Positions 30,348 through 40,083 of a stretch of DNA of 64,000 nt are shown one piece after another. Numbering within the stretch: position 1 is the first letter of the stretch; the number at the start of each line of letters is the position of its first letter. Source of the DNA: Thermodesulfobacteriota bacterium. GTDB lineage: Bacteria; Desulfobacterota; Desulfobulbia; Desulfobulbales; SURF-16. Location: positions 340 to 64,339 of the forward strand of contig JBMONN010000007.1 in NCBI GenBank assembly GCA_049323935.1, written 5' to 3'. Both the position numbers and the translations under genes were made by a program. The notes under the pieces are model-generated. The model was not told where the DNA came from. It saw only the letters and a list, made by a program, of their open reading frames with translations, and did not search any database.

Positions 30348-32234
30348 ATGCCTCGCATACGCCGACCTCTCGAGCATATAAACAAAATTGACGAAGAAGA
30401 GCTTGTTGTGCTCAAAAAACGGGTGGATATTGCCACGGCAATCGTCATCTGCTTTATCGCTCTGCTCATCTCGCGCCTCTGGTATCTGCAGATAAAAAAA
30501 GGGGAAGAATACGCGGAACTGGCCGAGAATAACCGGATCAGAACCCAACAGATCCAGGCGCCGCGCGGCAATGTCCTTGACCGCCATGGCCGGGTTATCA
30601 TCACCAACCGGCCTTACTTCAATCTGGTCTGGACCAAGGAGGACGCCCCTGACCCTGATGAGGTCCTGAAACGACTGGCCCATATCCTCAACGAGGATAT
30701 CTCCGTTCTCCTGGAGCGGGTCAGGGAAGCGGCGGATCAGCCGCGTTATATGCCTATTCTGCTGAAAGAGGATCTCGACTGGTCCACCTTGGTCTACATT
30801 GAAAATCACCATTTCGATCTGCCCGGGGTCAACATCGACCCGATGCCGAGCCGCGACTATCTATACGGCAACATGGCGTCGCACATGATCGGCTACATCG
30901 GTCAGATCAGCAGAAAAGAGCTGGAGGATCCGGTGTATGCCGGCTATCGGGGCGGTGACCCGGTCGGCAAGATGGGGATCGAAAAACTCTACGAAAAAGA
31001 GCTGCGCGGCGAGAAGGGCTATCGCTACCTGGAGGTTGATGTGCATGGTTTCGAGCAACGGCAGCTGCAGCACCAGGAACCGCTGCCGGGTAACGACATG
31101 AAACTGACCATTGATATCGACCTGCAGCAAACGGCGGAAAAGGCAATGGAGGGACTGGGCGGGGCAGTGGTGCTGATGGAGGTCCACACCGGCAAGCTGC
31201 TGGCCCTCGCCAGTTCGCCGCCCTTGCAGCTGGCCGAATTCATCGGCGGCATCTCGTCGAAAAACTGGCAGAAGCACCTCAACGATCCTCTGCATCCGCT
31301 GATCGACAAAACCATCCAGGGTCAGTACCCGCCCGGCTCGACCTACAAAATGATCACCGCCCTGGCCGGCCTGACAGAGGGAATCGTTACGCCGGAAACC
31401 ACCTTTTACTGCAACGGCGGGCTGTATATCTACGGCCGCCGCTACGGTTGCTGGAAAAATACCGGCCACGGCGCGGTCAGTCTGAATCGGGCCATCGCCG
31501 AGTCCTGCGATGTCTATTTTTATCAGGTCGGTATCAAGCTCGGCGTTGACCGGCTCGCCACCTATGCCCGGAGTCTCGGCCTCGGCCAGCTTACCGGCAT
31601 CGTTCTGGAACACGAAAAACCGGGATTGGTGCCGACCTCCGTCTGGAAAAAACAGAAAAAAAAGGAAACATGGCAGGATGGCGAGACCCTGTCGGTTGCC
31701 ATCGGCCAGGGTTTCAACCTGGCCACCCCCTTGCAGATCTGTCGGATGACCGCGGCCCTCGTCAATGGCGGCAGGCTCTACCGGCCGCAACTCATTGAAA
31801 CGGTTAAAAACCCGGATGGCACCACCGTCAGGGAGGTGGAACCGGAACTGCAGGGTGAAATTCTAGGGACGGAACAATCCCGCGACCTGCTCATCAGGGG
31901 CATGATCTCGGCGGTCAATGACCGCCATGGCACCGCCGGCAGTGCCCGCCTTGCCGAAATTGTCGTCGGCGGCAAGACCGGCACCGCCCAGGTGGTCCGC
32001 ATGGCGAAATTCAAAAGCATGTCGGAGGATTCCATGCCGCGCCAGTACCGGGATCACGCCTGGTTTACCTGCTTCGCCCCGGCCGACAAGCCGGAGGTCG
32101 CCATGACCGTGCTCATTGAGCACGGCGGCCATGGCGGTTCAGCGGCGGCGCCGGTTGCCAGAAAAGTACTGGCCGAGTATTTCAAGGACAGAATAACAGA
32201 AGTGCCGGAGGACCCGCCTCCTCCGGCCCACTGA
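30348..32234 (+). CDS. mrdA: Penicillin-binding protein 2 (elongasome transpeptidase)
   Basis: 628 aa. Active-site motifs STYK (PGSTYKM), SCD (ESCDVYF) and KTGT (GKTGTAQ). Confidence 0.92.
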   Translation: MPRIRRPLEHINKIDEEELVVLKKRVDIATAIVICFIALLISRLWYLQIKKGEEYAELAENNRIRTQQIQAPRGNVLDRHGRVIITNRPYFNLVWTKEDAPDPDEVLKRLAHILNEDISVLLERVREAADQPRYMPILLKEDLDWSTLVYIENHHFDLPGVNIDPMPSRDYLYGNMASHMIGYIGQISRKELEDPVYAGYRGGDPVGKMGIEKLYEKELRGEKGYRYLEVDVHGFEQRQLQHQEPLPGNDMKLTIDIDLQQTAEKAMEGLGGAVVLMEVHTGKLLALASSPPLQLAEFIGGISSKNWQKHLNDPLHPLIDKTIQGQYPPGSTYKMITALAGLTEGIVTPETTFYCNGGLYIYGRRYGCWKNTGHGAVSLNRAIAESCDVYFYQVGIKLGVDRLATYARSLGLGQLTGIVLEHEKPGLVPTSVWKKQKKKETWQDGETLSVAIGQGFNLATPLQICRMTAALVNGGRLYRPQLIETVKNPDGTTVREVEPELQGEILGTEQSRDLLIRGMISAVNDRHGTAGSARLAEIVVGGKTGTAQVVRMAKFKSMSEDSMPRQYRDHAWFTCFAPADKPEVAMTVLIEHGGHGGSAAAPVARKVLAEYFKDRITEVPEDPPPPAH

Positions 32235-32263
32235 GCCCGCCACCGCGCAACGAGGCACACATC

Positions 32264-33376
32264 ATGATACGTTTCGACCGCCGTCTCCTCCAGCATTTCG
32301 ACTGGGTCATCGTCCTCTGGCTCGCCCTGATCGCCGCCATGTGCCTGATGAATCTTTACAGCGCCGTGTATCCGGAAAAACCTGCCGGTACGCCCGTCTA
32401 TGTCAAGCAGCTCTCCTATTTCATCATGGGAATGGGCATGATACTGACCATCATCAGTTTCGATTACCGTCACTTCATGCGCTGGAACTCCCTGCTCTAC
32501 TGCGGTATCTGCCTGCTGCTGCTCTATGCGGACATTCTCGGCAAGACCCAGATGGGGGCCCAGCGCTGGATCAACCTCGGCTTTTTCAACCTGCAACCCT
32601 CCGAGCCGGCCAAGCTCATGCTGGTCATTACTCTGGCCACCTATTACTCCCGCCAGGACACCGGCAAGGGCTTTACCCTGCGCGAACTCACCGCCCCCAT
32701 TCTTCTCACCGGCGTCCCCTTTCTGCTGATACTCAAGCAACCGGATCTCGGCACCGCGCTCATGCTCGGCTTCATCTTTGTCTCGTTGACCCTCTTTGTC
32801 AAACTCAAGTGGCAGACGCTGAGTATTCTGCTCGGGGTTTGCGCCTCTCTCATTCCCATTGCCTGGAAATTCATCCTTAAACCCTATCAGAAACAGCGCA
32901 TCGAGACCTTTCTCAATCCGGAGGCTGATCCCCTGAGCAGCGGCTATCACATACTCCAGTCAAAGATCGCCGTCGGCAGCGGGCAGGCATTTGGCAAAGG
33001 GTATCTGGCCGGCACCCAGGGTCATCTCGATTTTCTCCCGGAGCGTCATACTGACTTCGCCTTTTCCATCTGGGCCGAGGAGTTCGGCTTCGTCGGCTCC
33101 GCACTCTTTCTCGCCGCCTACTTTTTTCTCATCCTCTGGGGCCTCAACAGCGCCGTCTCCTCCCGCGACAAGTTCGGCACCCTGCTCTGTATCGGCGTTG
33201 TGTCGCTTATCTTCTGGCAGGCGTTCATCAATCTTGCCATGGTGATGGGCATGCTGCCGGTGGTGGGGATGCCGCTTCCGCTGTTCAGCTACGGCGGCTC
33301 GTCGCTCTTGACCACCATGGCCGGCATCGGCATTCTGATCAGCGTCCGGATGCGCCGCTACCAGGTGCCGGGCTGA
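32264..33376 (+). CDS. rodA: Peptidoglycan glycosyltransferase RodA (SEDS family)
   Basis: 370-aa SEDS protein (QPSEPAKL, LPERHTDFAFS, PLPLFSYGGSS). Confidence 0.92.
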   Translation: MIRFDRRLLQHFDWVIVLWLALIAAMCLMNLYSAVYPEKPAGTPVYVKQLSYFIMGMGMILTIISFDYRHFMRWNSLLYCGICLLLLYADILGKTQMGAQRWINLGFFNLQPSEPAKLMLVITLATYYSRQDTGKGFTLRELTAPILLTGVPFLLILKQPDLGTALMLGFIFVSLTLFVKLKWQTLSILLGVCASLIPIAWKFILKPYQKQRIETFLNPEADPLSSGYHILQSKIAVGSGQAFGKGYLAGTQGHLDFLPERHTDFAFSIWAEEFGFVGSALFLAAYFFLILWGLNSAVSSRDKFGTLLCIGVVSLIFWQAFINLAMVMGMLPVVGMPLPLFSYGGSSLLTTMAGIGILISVRMRRYQVPG

Positions 33377-33382
33377 TCCCGA

Positions 33383-34528
33383 TTACGGCTGTGCAATGAT
33401 GCCGGCGGCACTGATGCCGCGGATGACATAATCATCACTGCGCATAAAACCAGCAAAGACGATGAGAAAGGAAAGGGCGACCAGAGCCATCAGCCGTTTG
33501 TCACCGTAAAGGGCTGACAGCCGTTGCTGTTTTTCCTCCGGGCCGGTATGGACAAAATACCGACGGAACAGGCCGTCCAGGACATGGGGACCCTCCTCCC
33601 TGATACATTCGTAGCCGCCGTCATGGGAGTAGTCCATGACCTCGAAGAGAATGGCACGCTGCTCATCGGGATTTTTTATGTGATAGGAAAAGATATGGAG
33701 GAGGATGGTCTGGGCCTCGCGAATGCTGGCCACCGCCAGTGAGTAGAAGAGTTTGCGGGCCGCCACGGTCAGCGGAATCGCCTCGGCCCGCAGCATGGAA
33801 AGGAGCACCGCGTTCTTGTAAAGCTGATAGAGTCGCATGGCGCCATTAATCCGGCCGGCGACCGGATGCGGCTCGCTCAACCCCTGGCCTCGGTAGGAGT
33901 TGACAAAGAGGATGTCGAAAATGAGCTGAAAGCAGCGGGACCGGTCCGTGGAATCCTGCAGATCGACCCGCAGATCAAAGGTATTGTCGAGCCGATCAGC
34001 CAGTTTCACCGCCACCAGCTCCGGCGCTTCCCGGGCCTTGCCCAGCAGGCGGCCAAGGTAACCGGTGTACTGCTCACCTTTCGGCTTGGCGAGAAAGGCG
34101 ATCCGTTCATTGAGAAACCAGTTCGCCCGGGCGTCGATCTTTTCCAGCAGCCGCCGATATCTGGCATCGAGGCGGTTCCAGGTTTCAGGACTGTACTTCT
34201 CAGGAGTCAGGTCTTCACCCTTGTCATGCAGGAGGGCGCAGAGCAGATCAAGGGTGCTCGGCCTGCCAGCGGCCTTGACCAGCAGGGCGGAGGCGCGGAT
34301 CGGGTGGAGGATGGCCAGAGGACCGAGACGGCGTTTCTGCCGACCATAGGCCTCGCCGAGGTAATCGAGTGCCTCGACAAGAAAATCCTCGGAGAGCGGG
34401 TCGAGTTCGTAGTTCTGCCCCAGCATCAGATTAAGGATGCCCCGCCAGCTGACCGGGTCGCCTTCGAGCTGATAGTTAAGAAAGGAGGAGAGGGCGAGAA
34501 ACTCCTGGGTATCGATGAGCGGCTTCAT
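33383..34528 (-). CDS. HD-domain protein with a RelA/SpoT-hydrolase-like N-terminal half
   Basis: The track ORF starts at a TTG at 34546; the ATG at 34528 is preceded by GGGGGG. Motifs HPIRASALLV...LLCALLHDKGEDL and VAVKLADRLDN resemble the (p)ppGpp hydrolase HD fold. The C-terminal roughly 180 aa is unassigned. Confidence 0.6.
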   Translation of the reverse strand: MKPLIDTQEFLALSSFLNYQLEGDPVSWRGILNLMLGQNYELDPLSEDFLVEALDYLGEAYGRQKRRLGPLAILHPIRASALLVKAAGRPSTLDLLCALLHDKGEDLTPEKYSPETWNRLDARYRRLLEKIDARANWFLNERIAFLAKPKGEQYTGYLGRLLGKAREAPELVAVKLADRLDNTFDLRVDLQDSTDRSRCFQLIFDILFVNSYRGQGLSEPHPVAGRINGAMRLYQLYKNAVLLSMLRAEAIPLTVAARKLFYSLAVASIREAQTILLHIFSYHIKNPDEQRAILFEVMDYSHDGGYECIREEGPHVLDGLFRRYFVHTGPEEKQQRLSALYGDKRLMALVALSFLIVFAGFMRSDDYVIRGISAAGIIAQP

Positions 34529-34667
34529 GCCGGCCCCCCCGAACAAAGATCATTTTTACCACTCTGACACAAACTCTTTCGCGGCTTTTCAGCAAGCAAA
34601 TACCCCCTCCATGACCGCTTTGCCTGTCCCGAACCGCCTGTCCCGTTCAATGGACGGGCGCCCCCTG

Positions 34668-35648
34668 TCATTCCAGCCATTGCCGGGCACGGGCGGCCTC
34701 CAATACCAGGTTCTTCAATCCGGTAATGAAGGTGGGCATGACATTGAGTGACTCGGTGCGGGCAAGCTCCATCCCGAGTCCGGCCGCCAGCTCGCGGTAC
34801 TCGATGTCGATTTCATAGAGCGTTTCCACATGATCGGAGACAAAGCTGAGCGGGACCAACAGCACCTGCCTGCACCCGAGACCGGCCACCTCCCGCAGGG
34901 TATCCGGGGTCGACGGCGCCAACCACTCTACCGGGCCACTACGGCTCTGAAAGCAGAGGGTACCCGCCACACCGGTCAGCTTTTCCACTGCCCCGATGGT
35001 CTCTTGCAGATGTTCGAGATAGGGATCCCCTTCCCGGATAAAGGAGACCGGCAGGCTATGGGCGCTGTAGAGGAGACGGACCTCCTTGCCGGCGAATTGC
35101 TCCATACCGCGGACAATGGTGTCGGCCAGACAGCGGACATAGTCGGGCTGCTCCGGCCAGGCTGCGATCTCGGCGATATCGAAACCGGGCGAAAAGGAGG
35201 CGGCGACCCGCCGGAGGTCGTCTAGTGACGAACCGGTGGTGGCCTTGGAGTAGTGCGGGTAGAGGGTAAGCGCCACCAGCCGGCTGATCCCGGCGGCCGC
35301 CATGCTCCTGAGGGTCTCGTCGGCAAAGGGATGCCAGTAACGCATGGCCATGTCCACCGTGAAGGCGCCATAAGGGACAAGATCATGGGCCAGCGCCGCT
35401 CCCTGCTCGCGGGTCAGCCTGTTCAGTGGGGAGCCGCCGCCGATCAGTTTATAGGCCCTGCTGCTCTTGGGGGCGCGGCGTTTGGCGATCATCCAGGCAA
35501 TGGGCTTTTGCAGGAAGGGGGGACCAAGGCGGATGATCTTGCGGTCCGAAAAGAGGTTGTAGAGAAAGGGCCGGACATCGGCAAGACGCTCCGGTCCGCC
35601 GAGATTCAGGAGAATGACGCCGATGGGCGTCCCGGCGCCTTTTTTCAT
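34668..35648 (-). CDS. hemH: Ferrochelatase (protoporphyrin or coproporphyrin type not resolvable by eye)
   Basis: 326 aa. N-terminus GVILLNLGGPERLADVRPFLYNLFSD and SAHSLP, ferrochelatase signatures. Confidence 0.88.
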   Translation of the reverse strand: MKKGAGTPIGVILLNLGGPERLADVRPFLYNLFSDRKIIRLGPPFLQKPIAWMIAKRRAPKSSRAYKLIGGGSPLNRLTREQGAALAHDLVPYGAFTVDMAMRYWHPFADETLRSMAAAGISRLVALTLYPHYSKATTGSSLDDLRRVAASFSPGFDIAEIAAWPEQPDYVRCLADTIVRGMEQFAGKEVRLLYSAHSLPVSFIREGDPYLEHLQETIGAVEKLTGVAGTLCFQSRSGPVEWLAPSTPDTLREVAGLGCRQVLLVPLSFVSDHVETLYEIDIEYRELAAGLGMELARTESLNVMPTFITGLKNLVLEAARARQWLE

Positions 35649-36205
35649 ACCTTCCCCTCCGCGCCCGACCGGAGCAGGTCGGCCACCTCGCCAGGCGCAA
35701 AATCGAGATAGCTAAATATCCGCTTTTCCATGGCCATGCACTTGTGAAAATTTTTCATGATCGAGGCATGGCGGGTCGCATCATTACGACCATACCGCTC
35801 CAGGATATAAGCCAGCCGGTCGTGCAGGCTGACCACCCGGTCGTGGTTGACCCGCTTGTCGGCGTAATAGACGATCTCCTTTTCGCTGATCGGGTCGTGC
35901 CCGTTGGAGCTGATCAGCACATGCTCGGCAACAATGGCGGCAATCTCACTGTAGCCGTGGCGCCGACAGATCTCCTCTCCCATCCTGGCGTGATCGCAGC
36001 GGCTTTCCAGGCAGGGGGTCTTGGCAATGTCGTGGAGCAGGGAGGCGGCTACCACCAGCTCGATGTTGATTGCCTCACCCCGGCGGACAAATCCGCTGGC
36101 AATGAGCTCCGCCACCCGGGCAACCACCCTGGAATGCTCGCGGATGTTGTCGAGCATTGCGTACTCGTCCATCAACCGCAGACAGGTTTCAACCGTGGGA
36201 ATCAT
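35645..36205 (-). CDS. HD superfamily phosphohydrolase (YqeK-like size)
   Basis: 186 aa. HD motif SLLHDIAKTP with an upstream EHSRVVARVA. Its stop overlaps the hemH start (ATGA). Confidence 0.72.
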   Translation of the reverse strand: MIPTVETCLRLMDEYAMLDNIREHSRVVARVAELIASGFVRRGEAINIELVVAASLLHDIAKTPCLESRCDHARMGEEICRRHGYSEIAAIVAEHVLISSNGHDPISEKEIVYYADKRVNHDRVVSLHDRLAYILERYGRNDATRHASIMKNFHKCMAMEKRIFSYLDFAPGEVADLLRSGAEGKV

Positions 36206-36231
36206 GATGGTCTCGTAAAAACCCGCAAATT

Positions 36232-36312
36232 ATGGCAGGCGGGAAAATGAAAACAACGAGTCACAAAACACGACCAGTCGGAATCGTGGTTTTTTTTACG
36301 ATTCCGACAATC
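36232..36312 (+). repeat. Copy 1 of a roughly 78-nt intergenic repeat (A-rich leader plus hairpin)
   Basis: ATGGCAGGCGGGAAAATGAAAACAACGAGTCACAAAACACGACCAGTCGGAATCGTGGTTTTTTTTACGATTCCGACAATC, with a perfect 11-bp stem GTCGGAATCGT/ACGATTCCGAC. Fills most of the hemE-HD spacer, in the orientation opposite to both genes. Confidence 0.8.
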
Positions 36313-36328
36313 ATGACAGACCATTTAT

Positions 36329-37357
36329 TTAACGGGCCGACAGCCGGTGGACGGCCTCCACGACAAATTTCGCCTTCTCCGGCGGCGTCTCGGGCAGAAT
36401 CCCATGCCCCAGGTTGAAGATGTGGCCCTTGGCCCCTTTCCCCCCTGCCAGAATACGGGCAATGCGCTGTTCCAGTTTGTCTTCGGGCAGCAGCAGGGCG
36501 CAGGGATCGAGATTGCCCTGCACCGCGATATCCGGGCCGAAAACCTTCACCGCATCGGCGATATCCACCCGCCAGTCGAGCCCCTGGACATCGGCGCCGC
36601 AGGTTTTGCTCAGCTCCATCAGGGTGGCGCCGTTGTTGGCGAAATAGATGAGCGGCACCCCGGCCGGTTTGAGGGCGGTGATGATCTGTTTGACATAGGG
36701 CAGGGCGAACTCCTCGAAATCACAGGGAGCCAGTGCCCCGGCCCAGGAGTCAAAGATCTGCAGGGCCTGGGCCCCGGCGGCAACCTGGGCCTGCAGATAG
36801 CTGATCACCGATTCCGTCACCTTTTCCACCATCGCCTTATAGAGTTCCGGGGCGGCGTACATCATTTTCTTGGTCTGGAAAAAACTCTTCGAGGAGCCGC
36901 CCTCGACCATGTAAGTCGCCAGGGTAAAGGGCGCGCCGCAGAAGCCGATAAGCGGCACCTTCTGGGCCAACTCCCGCCGGAGAATACGGATGGTTTCCAT
37001 CACATAGCCAAGGGCATCTTCCGGGTCGGGGACAATGAGCCGATCCACATCCTGTTTGCTGCGGATCGGCTGCGGCAGCACCGGCCCCTGTTTTTCCCTG
37101 AATTCGAGGGGCATGCCCATGGCGTCCAGGGTAACGAGAATATCGGAAAAGAGAATCGCCGCATCAACCCCGAGGATATCCACCGGCTGCAGGGTAACCT
37201 CGGCGGCCAGTTCCGGGGTCTTGCACAGTTCCAGAAAGGTCACCTTGCCGCGCACCTTGTGATAATCGGGCAGATAACGGCCGGCCTGACGCATGATCCA
37301 GATGGGGGTGTGGCTGACCGCTTCGCCTCTGCATGCCTTGAGAAAATTGGTGTTCAT
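36329..37357 (-). CDS. hemE: Uroporphyrinogen decarboxylase
   Basis: 342 aa. N-terminus PIWIMRQAGRYLPDY and the downstream GAPFTLATYMVEGG are HemE signatures. Confidence 0.93.
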   Translation of the reverse strand: MNTNFLKACRGEAVSHTPIWIMRQAGRYLPDYHKVRGKVTFLELCKTPELAAEVTLQPVDILGVDAAILFSDILVTLDAMGMPLEFREKQGPVLPQPIRSKQDVDRLIVPDPEDALGYVMETIRILRRELAQKVPLIGFCGAPFTLATYMVEGGSSKSFFQTKKMMYAAPELYKAMVEKVTESVISYLQAQVAAGAQALQIFDSWAGALAPCDFEEFALPYVKQIITALKPAGVPLIYFANNGATLMELSKTCGADVQGLDWRVDIADAVKVFGPDIAVQGNLDPCALLLPEDKLEQRIARILAGGKGAKGHIFNLGHGILPETPPEKAKFVVEAVHRLSAR

Positions 37358-37388
37358 TCGTTTTTCCTTGGGTAATTGTGATAAGCCG

Positions 37389-38453
37389 TTACATCTTTTT
37401 CAGTTTCACCGGCATATGGGAGCAGAAGGGCTCCTCCGCCATGTAATCGCCGGTCATGGCATAGGCCCGGGCTCGGCAGCCGCCGCAGACCGAAACATAT
37501 TCGCAGGAGCCGCAGCGGCCCTTGTATGCCTTGAAATCACGCATATCCTGAAACAGCTTCGAGTTTTCCCAGATATCCTTGAATGACTGCTGACGGATAT
37601 TGCCGGCACTCATGGGAAAATAGCTGCACGGCAGGACGTTACCGTCCACATCGATCAGGCAGATGAGCTGGCCGGCCAGACAGCCCTTGGAGCCGCCGGT
37701 GGAGAATTTGAGACTGCGCCGCTGGAAATCATCACCGCTCTCCTTTTTCTTCTGGAGGACGATCCGGTAGTAACTGGGGGCGCAGGTGGGCCGCACCAGA
37801 ATGTCGTCTTCCTGCCGTTCCATGTCATAGTGCCATTCCAGCACCCTTTCATAATCCTCCATGGAAACCAGCTCCTCCATGATCTCCTCGCCGCGGCCGG
37901 TGGGCACGATCATGAACATGTACCAGGCAGTGGCTCCCAGTTCCTTGGCCAGTTTGTATATCTTCGGGATCTCCTCCTGATTCCGTTTGGTGAAGGAGGA
38001 GTTGATAAGAAAGGAGATGTCATGTTTTTTAAACAGGGCCGCTGCATTGAGGGTGCCGGCAAAAGCGCCGGGCTGATTACGAAAATTGTCATGGACCGCG
38101 GCAGAGGCGCCGTCAAGGCTTAAAGAGACCATCTTGATGCCCGCTTCCTTGATTTTGCCGCAGGTCGCCTCCGTTACCAGAGTACCGTTGGTTGCCAGAC
38201 ACATACGCAATCCCTTGCCGGTGCCGTAGGCGGCGATGTCAAAGACATCATGGCGCAGCAGCGGCTCGCCACCGGACAGCACCACAACGGGGTTAGCATA
38301 GGAAACGATGTCGTCGAGCACCCGGGTGGCCTCGGCAAAGGAAAAATCCGGATGCCCAGCCACCTCAAGCTCGGAGGAGGAACGGCAGTGAACGCATTTG
38401 AGATTGCACCGCCGGGTGATCTCCCAGGCGATCCATTTTGGTTCGAATTTCAT
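37389..38453 (-). CDS. Radical SAM/SPASM enzyme, AhbC/AhbD/NirJ-like
   Basis: 354 aa. [14 protein letters not shown] radical SAM cluster, GGEPLL, and a C-terminal Cys-rich SPASM region (CLAG...LPCSYF...[20 protein letters not shown]). Confidence 0.8.
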   Translation of the reverse strand: MKFEPKWIAWEITRRCNLKCVHCRSSSELEVAGHPDFSFAEATRVLDDIVSYANPVVVLSGGEPLLRHDVFDIAAYGTGKGLRMCLATNGTLVTEATCGKIKEAGIKMVSLSLDGASAAVHDNFRNQPGAFAGTLNAAALFKKHDISFLINSSFTKRNQEEIPKIYKLAKELGATAWYMFMIVPTGRGEEIMEELVSMEDYERVLEWHYDMERQEDDILVRPTCAPSYYRIVLQKKKESGDDFQRRSLKFSTGGSKGCLAGQLICLIDVDGNVLPCSYFPMSAGNIRQQSFKDIWENSKLFQDMRDFKAYKGRCGSCEYVSVCGGCRARAYAMTGDYMAEEPFCSHMPVKLKKM

Positions 38454-38506
38454 CTGATCTGTCCTTTTTCGGGCCGGTTGGTAAAGTGCAGAGGGGCAGC
38501 CCCTTT

Positions 38507-39829
38507 CTACAGATAATCAGCCGCCACCGCCGCCAGAGGACTGCGCTCGCTCTTGCGCAGGGTGATGTGACCGTGGATCGGCAATTCCTTGAGACGCTCC
38601 ACCGTGTATGTCAACCCGTTACTGCTGGAATCGAGATAGGGGTTGTCGATCTGGTAGGGATCGCCGGTCAACACCATCTTCGTTCCCTCACCGGCCCGGC
38701 TGATGATGGTTTTGATCTCATGGGGGGTCAAGTTCTGTGCCTCATCGACAATGACGTACTGACCGGAGATGGAGCGGCCGCGTATGTAGGTCAGGGCTTC
38801 CATCTCCACCACATGATCCCGCAGCAGCTTGTCCGTCTTGTGGCGGAGGGAATCGTCATTCTCCTTGTTTTTCGGTCCCTGTCCGACACCCATGAGAAAG
38901 GTAAGGTTGTCGAAAATCGGCTGCATCCAGTGGGCCAGTTTCTCATCCTTGTCACCCGGCATGTAGCCGAGATCCTTACCCAGGGGAATGATGGGCCGGG
39001 AGACGAGAATCTTGCTGTAGCGCTTGTTGATCAACACCTCCTCGAGGCCGGCGGCCAGGGCGAGCAGGGTCTTACCGGTGCCCGCCTGGCCGACCAGGGT
39101 AACTATTTGGACATTCGGGTCGAGCAAAAGTTCCAGACACATCCGCTGTTCCTTGCTGCGGGAACGGATCTGCCAGGCGCTGTCATACTGAGGGTTAAGT
39201 CGCACCAGCCGCATTTCGTTTACCGCCCTGGCCAGGGCGGTATGCTTGGGGTCGGCCTCATCCTGTAACAAAATGAATTCATTGGGCACCAGACCGAGGC
39301 CCTCGCTTTCCACCTCGCGTCGGTCATAAAAGGTATTGATCAGCTCGCCCGGCACCGTCAATTCACGGTAACCGGAAAAAAGCTCATCGAAGTTGATCTT
39401 CTGCTTTTCAAAGTCCATGACCTCTATGCCCAGGGCGTCAGCCTTGAGGCGGGCGTTGATGTCCTTGGAAACGAAGATGACCCTTTCTCCTTTCTTGAAG
39501 ATGGTATAGGCCACCGCCAGGATGCGGTTGTCCGGAACCTTCATGTTGAGTCCGGGACAGCAGGCTATCTCATCGCCCTCGGGATAGATGAGCAGGATGC
39601 CGCCGTTTTCCATTTCCACGCCTTTGGCCAGCTTGCCCCGACAACGGAGATGGTCGAGCTCCCTGATCACCCGGCGGGCGTTACGGCCCAGCTCGTCACT
39701 CCGGGACTTGAATTTGTCGAGTTCCTCGATGACCGACATGGGCAGCACGACATAGTTATCGGAAAAGGAGAAAATGGAATCAGCGTTATGGAGGAGAACG
39801 TTGGTGTCGAGGACAAAATATTTTCGCAT
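38507..39829 (-). CDS. PIN-domain/PhoH-like ATPase (YlaK type)
   Basis: The track ORF starts at 40000. The ATG at 39829 ([15 protein letters not shown]...) gives a PIN N-terminus. Walker A is [11 protein letters not shown], followed by a PhoH C-terminal core. Confidence 0.85.
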   Translation of the reverse strand: MRKYFVLDTNVLLHNADSIFSFSDNYVVLPMSVIEELDKFKSRSDELGRNARRVIRELDHLRCRGKLAKGVEMENGGILLIYPEGDEIACCPGLNMKVPDNRILAVAYTIFKKGERVIFVSKDINARLKADALGIEVMDFEKQKINFDELFSGYRELTVPGELINTFYDRREVESEGLGLVPNEFILLQDEADPKHTALARAVNEMRLVRLNPQYDSAWQIRSRSKEQRMCLELLLDPNVQIVTLVGQAGTGKTLLALAAGLEEVLINKRYSKILVSRPIIPLGKDLGYMPGDKDEKLAHWMQPIFDNLTFLMGVGQGPKNKENDDSLRHKTDKLLRDHVVEMEALTYIRGRSISGQYVIVDEAQNLTPHEIKTIISRAGEGTKMVLTGDPYQIDNPYLDSSSNGLTYTVERLKELPIHGHITLRKSERSPLAAVAADYL

Positions 39830-40066
39830 GCAGCGGCTCGTAACGAAATTCGGAGTTAAGGGGCGAAAACGGTCAGGAGTAACGGCCGTGCCATGCCGCA
39901 GCGCCGGACTGTCATGTGTTGCGGTGGCCGACCTCAAGGTCGGCATTGTTCCAAGAGTAGTATGAAACCCCCTGTTCCCGCAAGCAAAACTTACCGACAC
40001 CAGCGCATTCGGCCTGCCGCTGTCCGCCCTTCCCGGAAAATTGATGCGGCAGGAGAACGCGTATTG

Positions 40067-40075
40067 TGCTATAGA
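40067..40075 (+). promoter_or_regulatory. Extended -10 element (TGcTATAGA) 8 nt before the nadE ATG; possible leaderless or very short-leader transcript
   Basis: TG at 40067-40068 and TATAGA at 40070-40075. The nadE ATG is at 40084 and has no recognisable SD. Pattern match only. Confidence 0.3.
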
Positions 40076-40083
40076 TACGGGCC

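Noticed and set aside
36233-36250. TGGCAGGC…  at the 5' edge of the repeat read as a sigma54 -24/-12 promoter
   Set aside because: A GG is present, but the position 10 nt downstream is AA, not GC/TTGC, in all copies. It does not fit TGGCAC-N5-TTGCW.
36232-36417. 61-aa ORF (MAGGKMKTTSHKTRPVGIV…) and its look-alike at 55513-55695 (MAGWKAKTTSYKTRPIGIV…), suggesting a conserved micro-protein
   Set aside because: The shared peptide is a by-product of the nucleotide repeat. Copy 3 has a 1-nt indel in the conserved 5' block, and the loop lengths of copies 1 and 2 differ by 2 nt. The reading frame is therefore not preserved across or within the element, and similarity ends where the DNA repeat ends. 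It is treated as a noncoding element.
36347-37375. 342-aa plus-strand ORF exactly mirroring hemE (also 342 aa)
   Set aside because: The match in length is striking, but the product is a G/R/H/L-rich reverse-frame translation. hemE carries clear family signatures. The equal length simply reflects absence of stops in the antisense frame of a GC3-rich gene.
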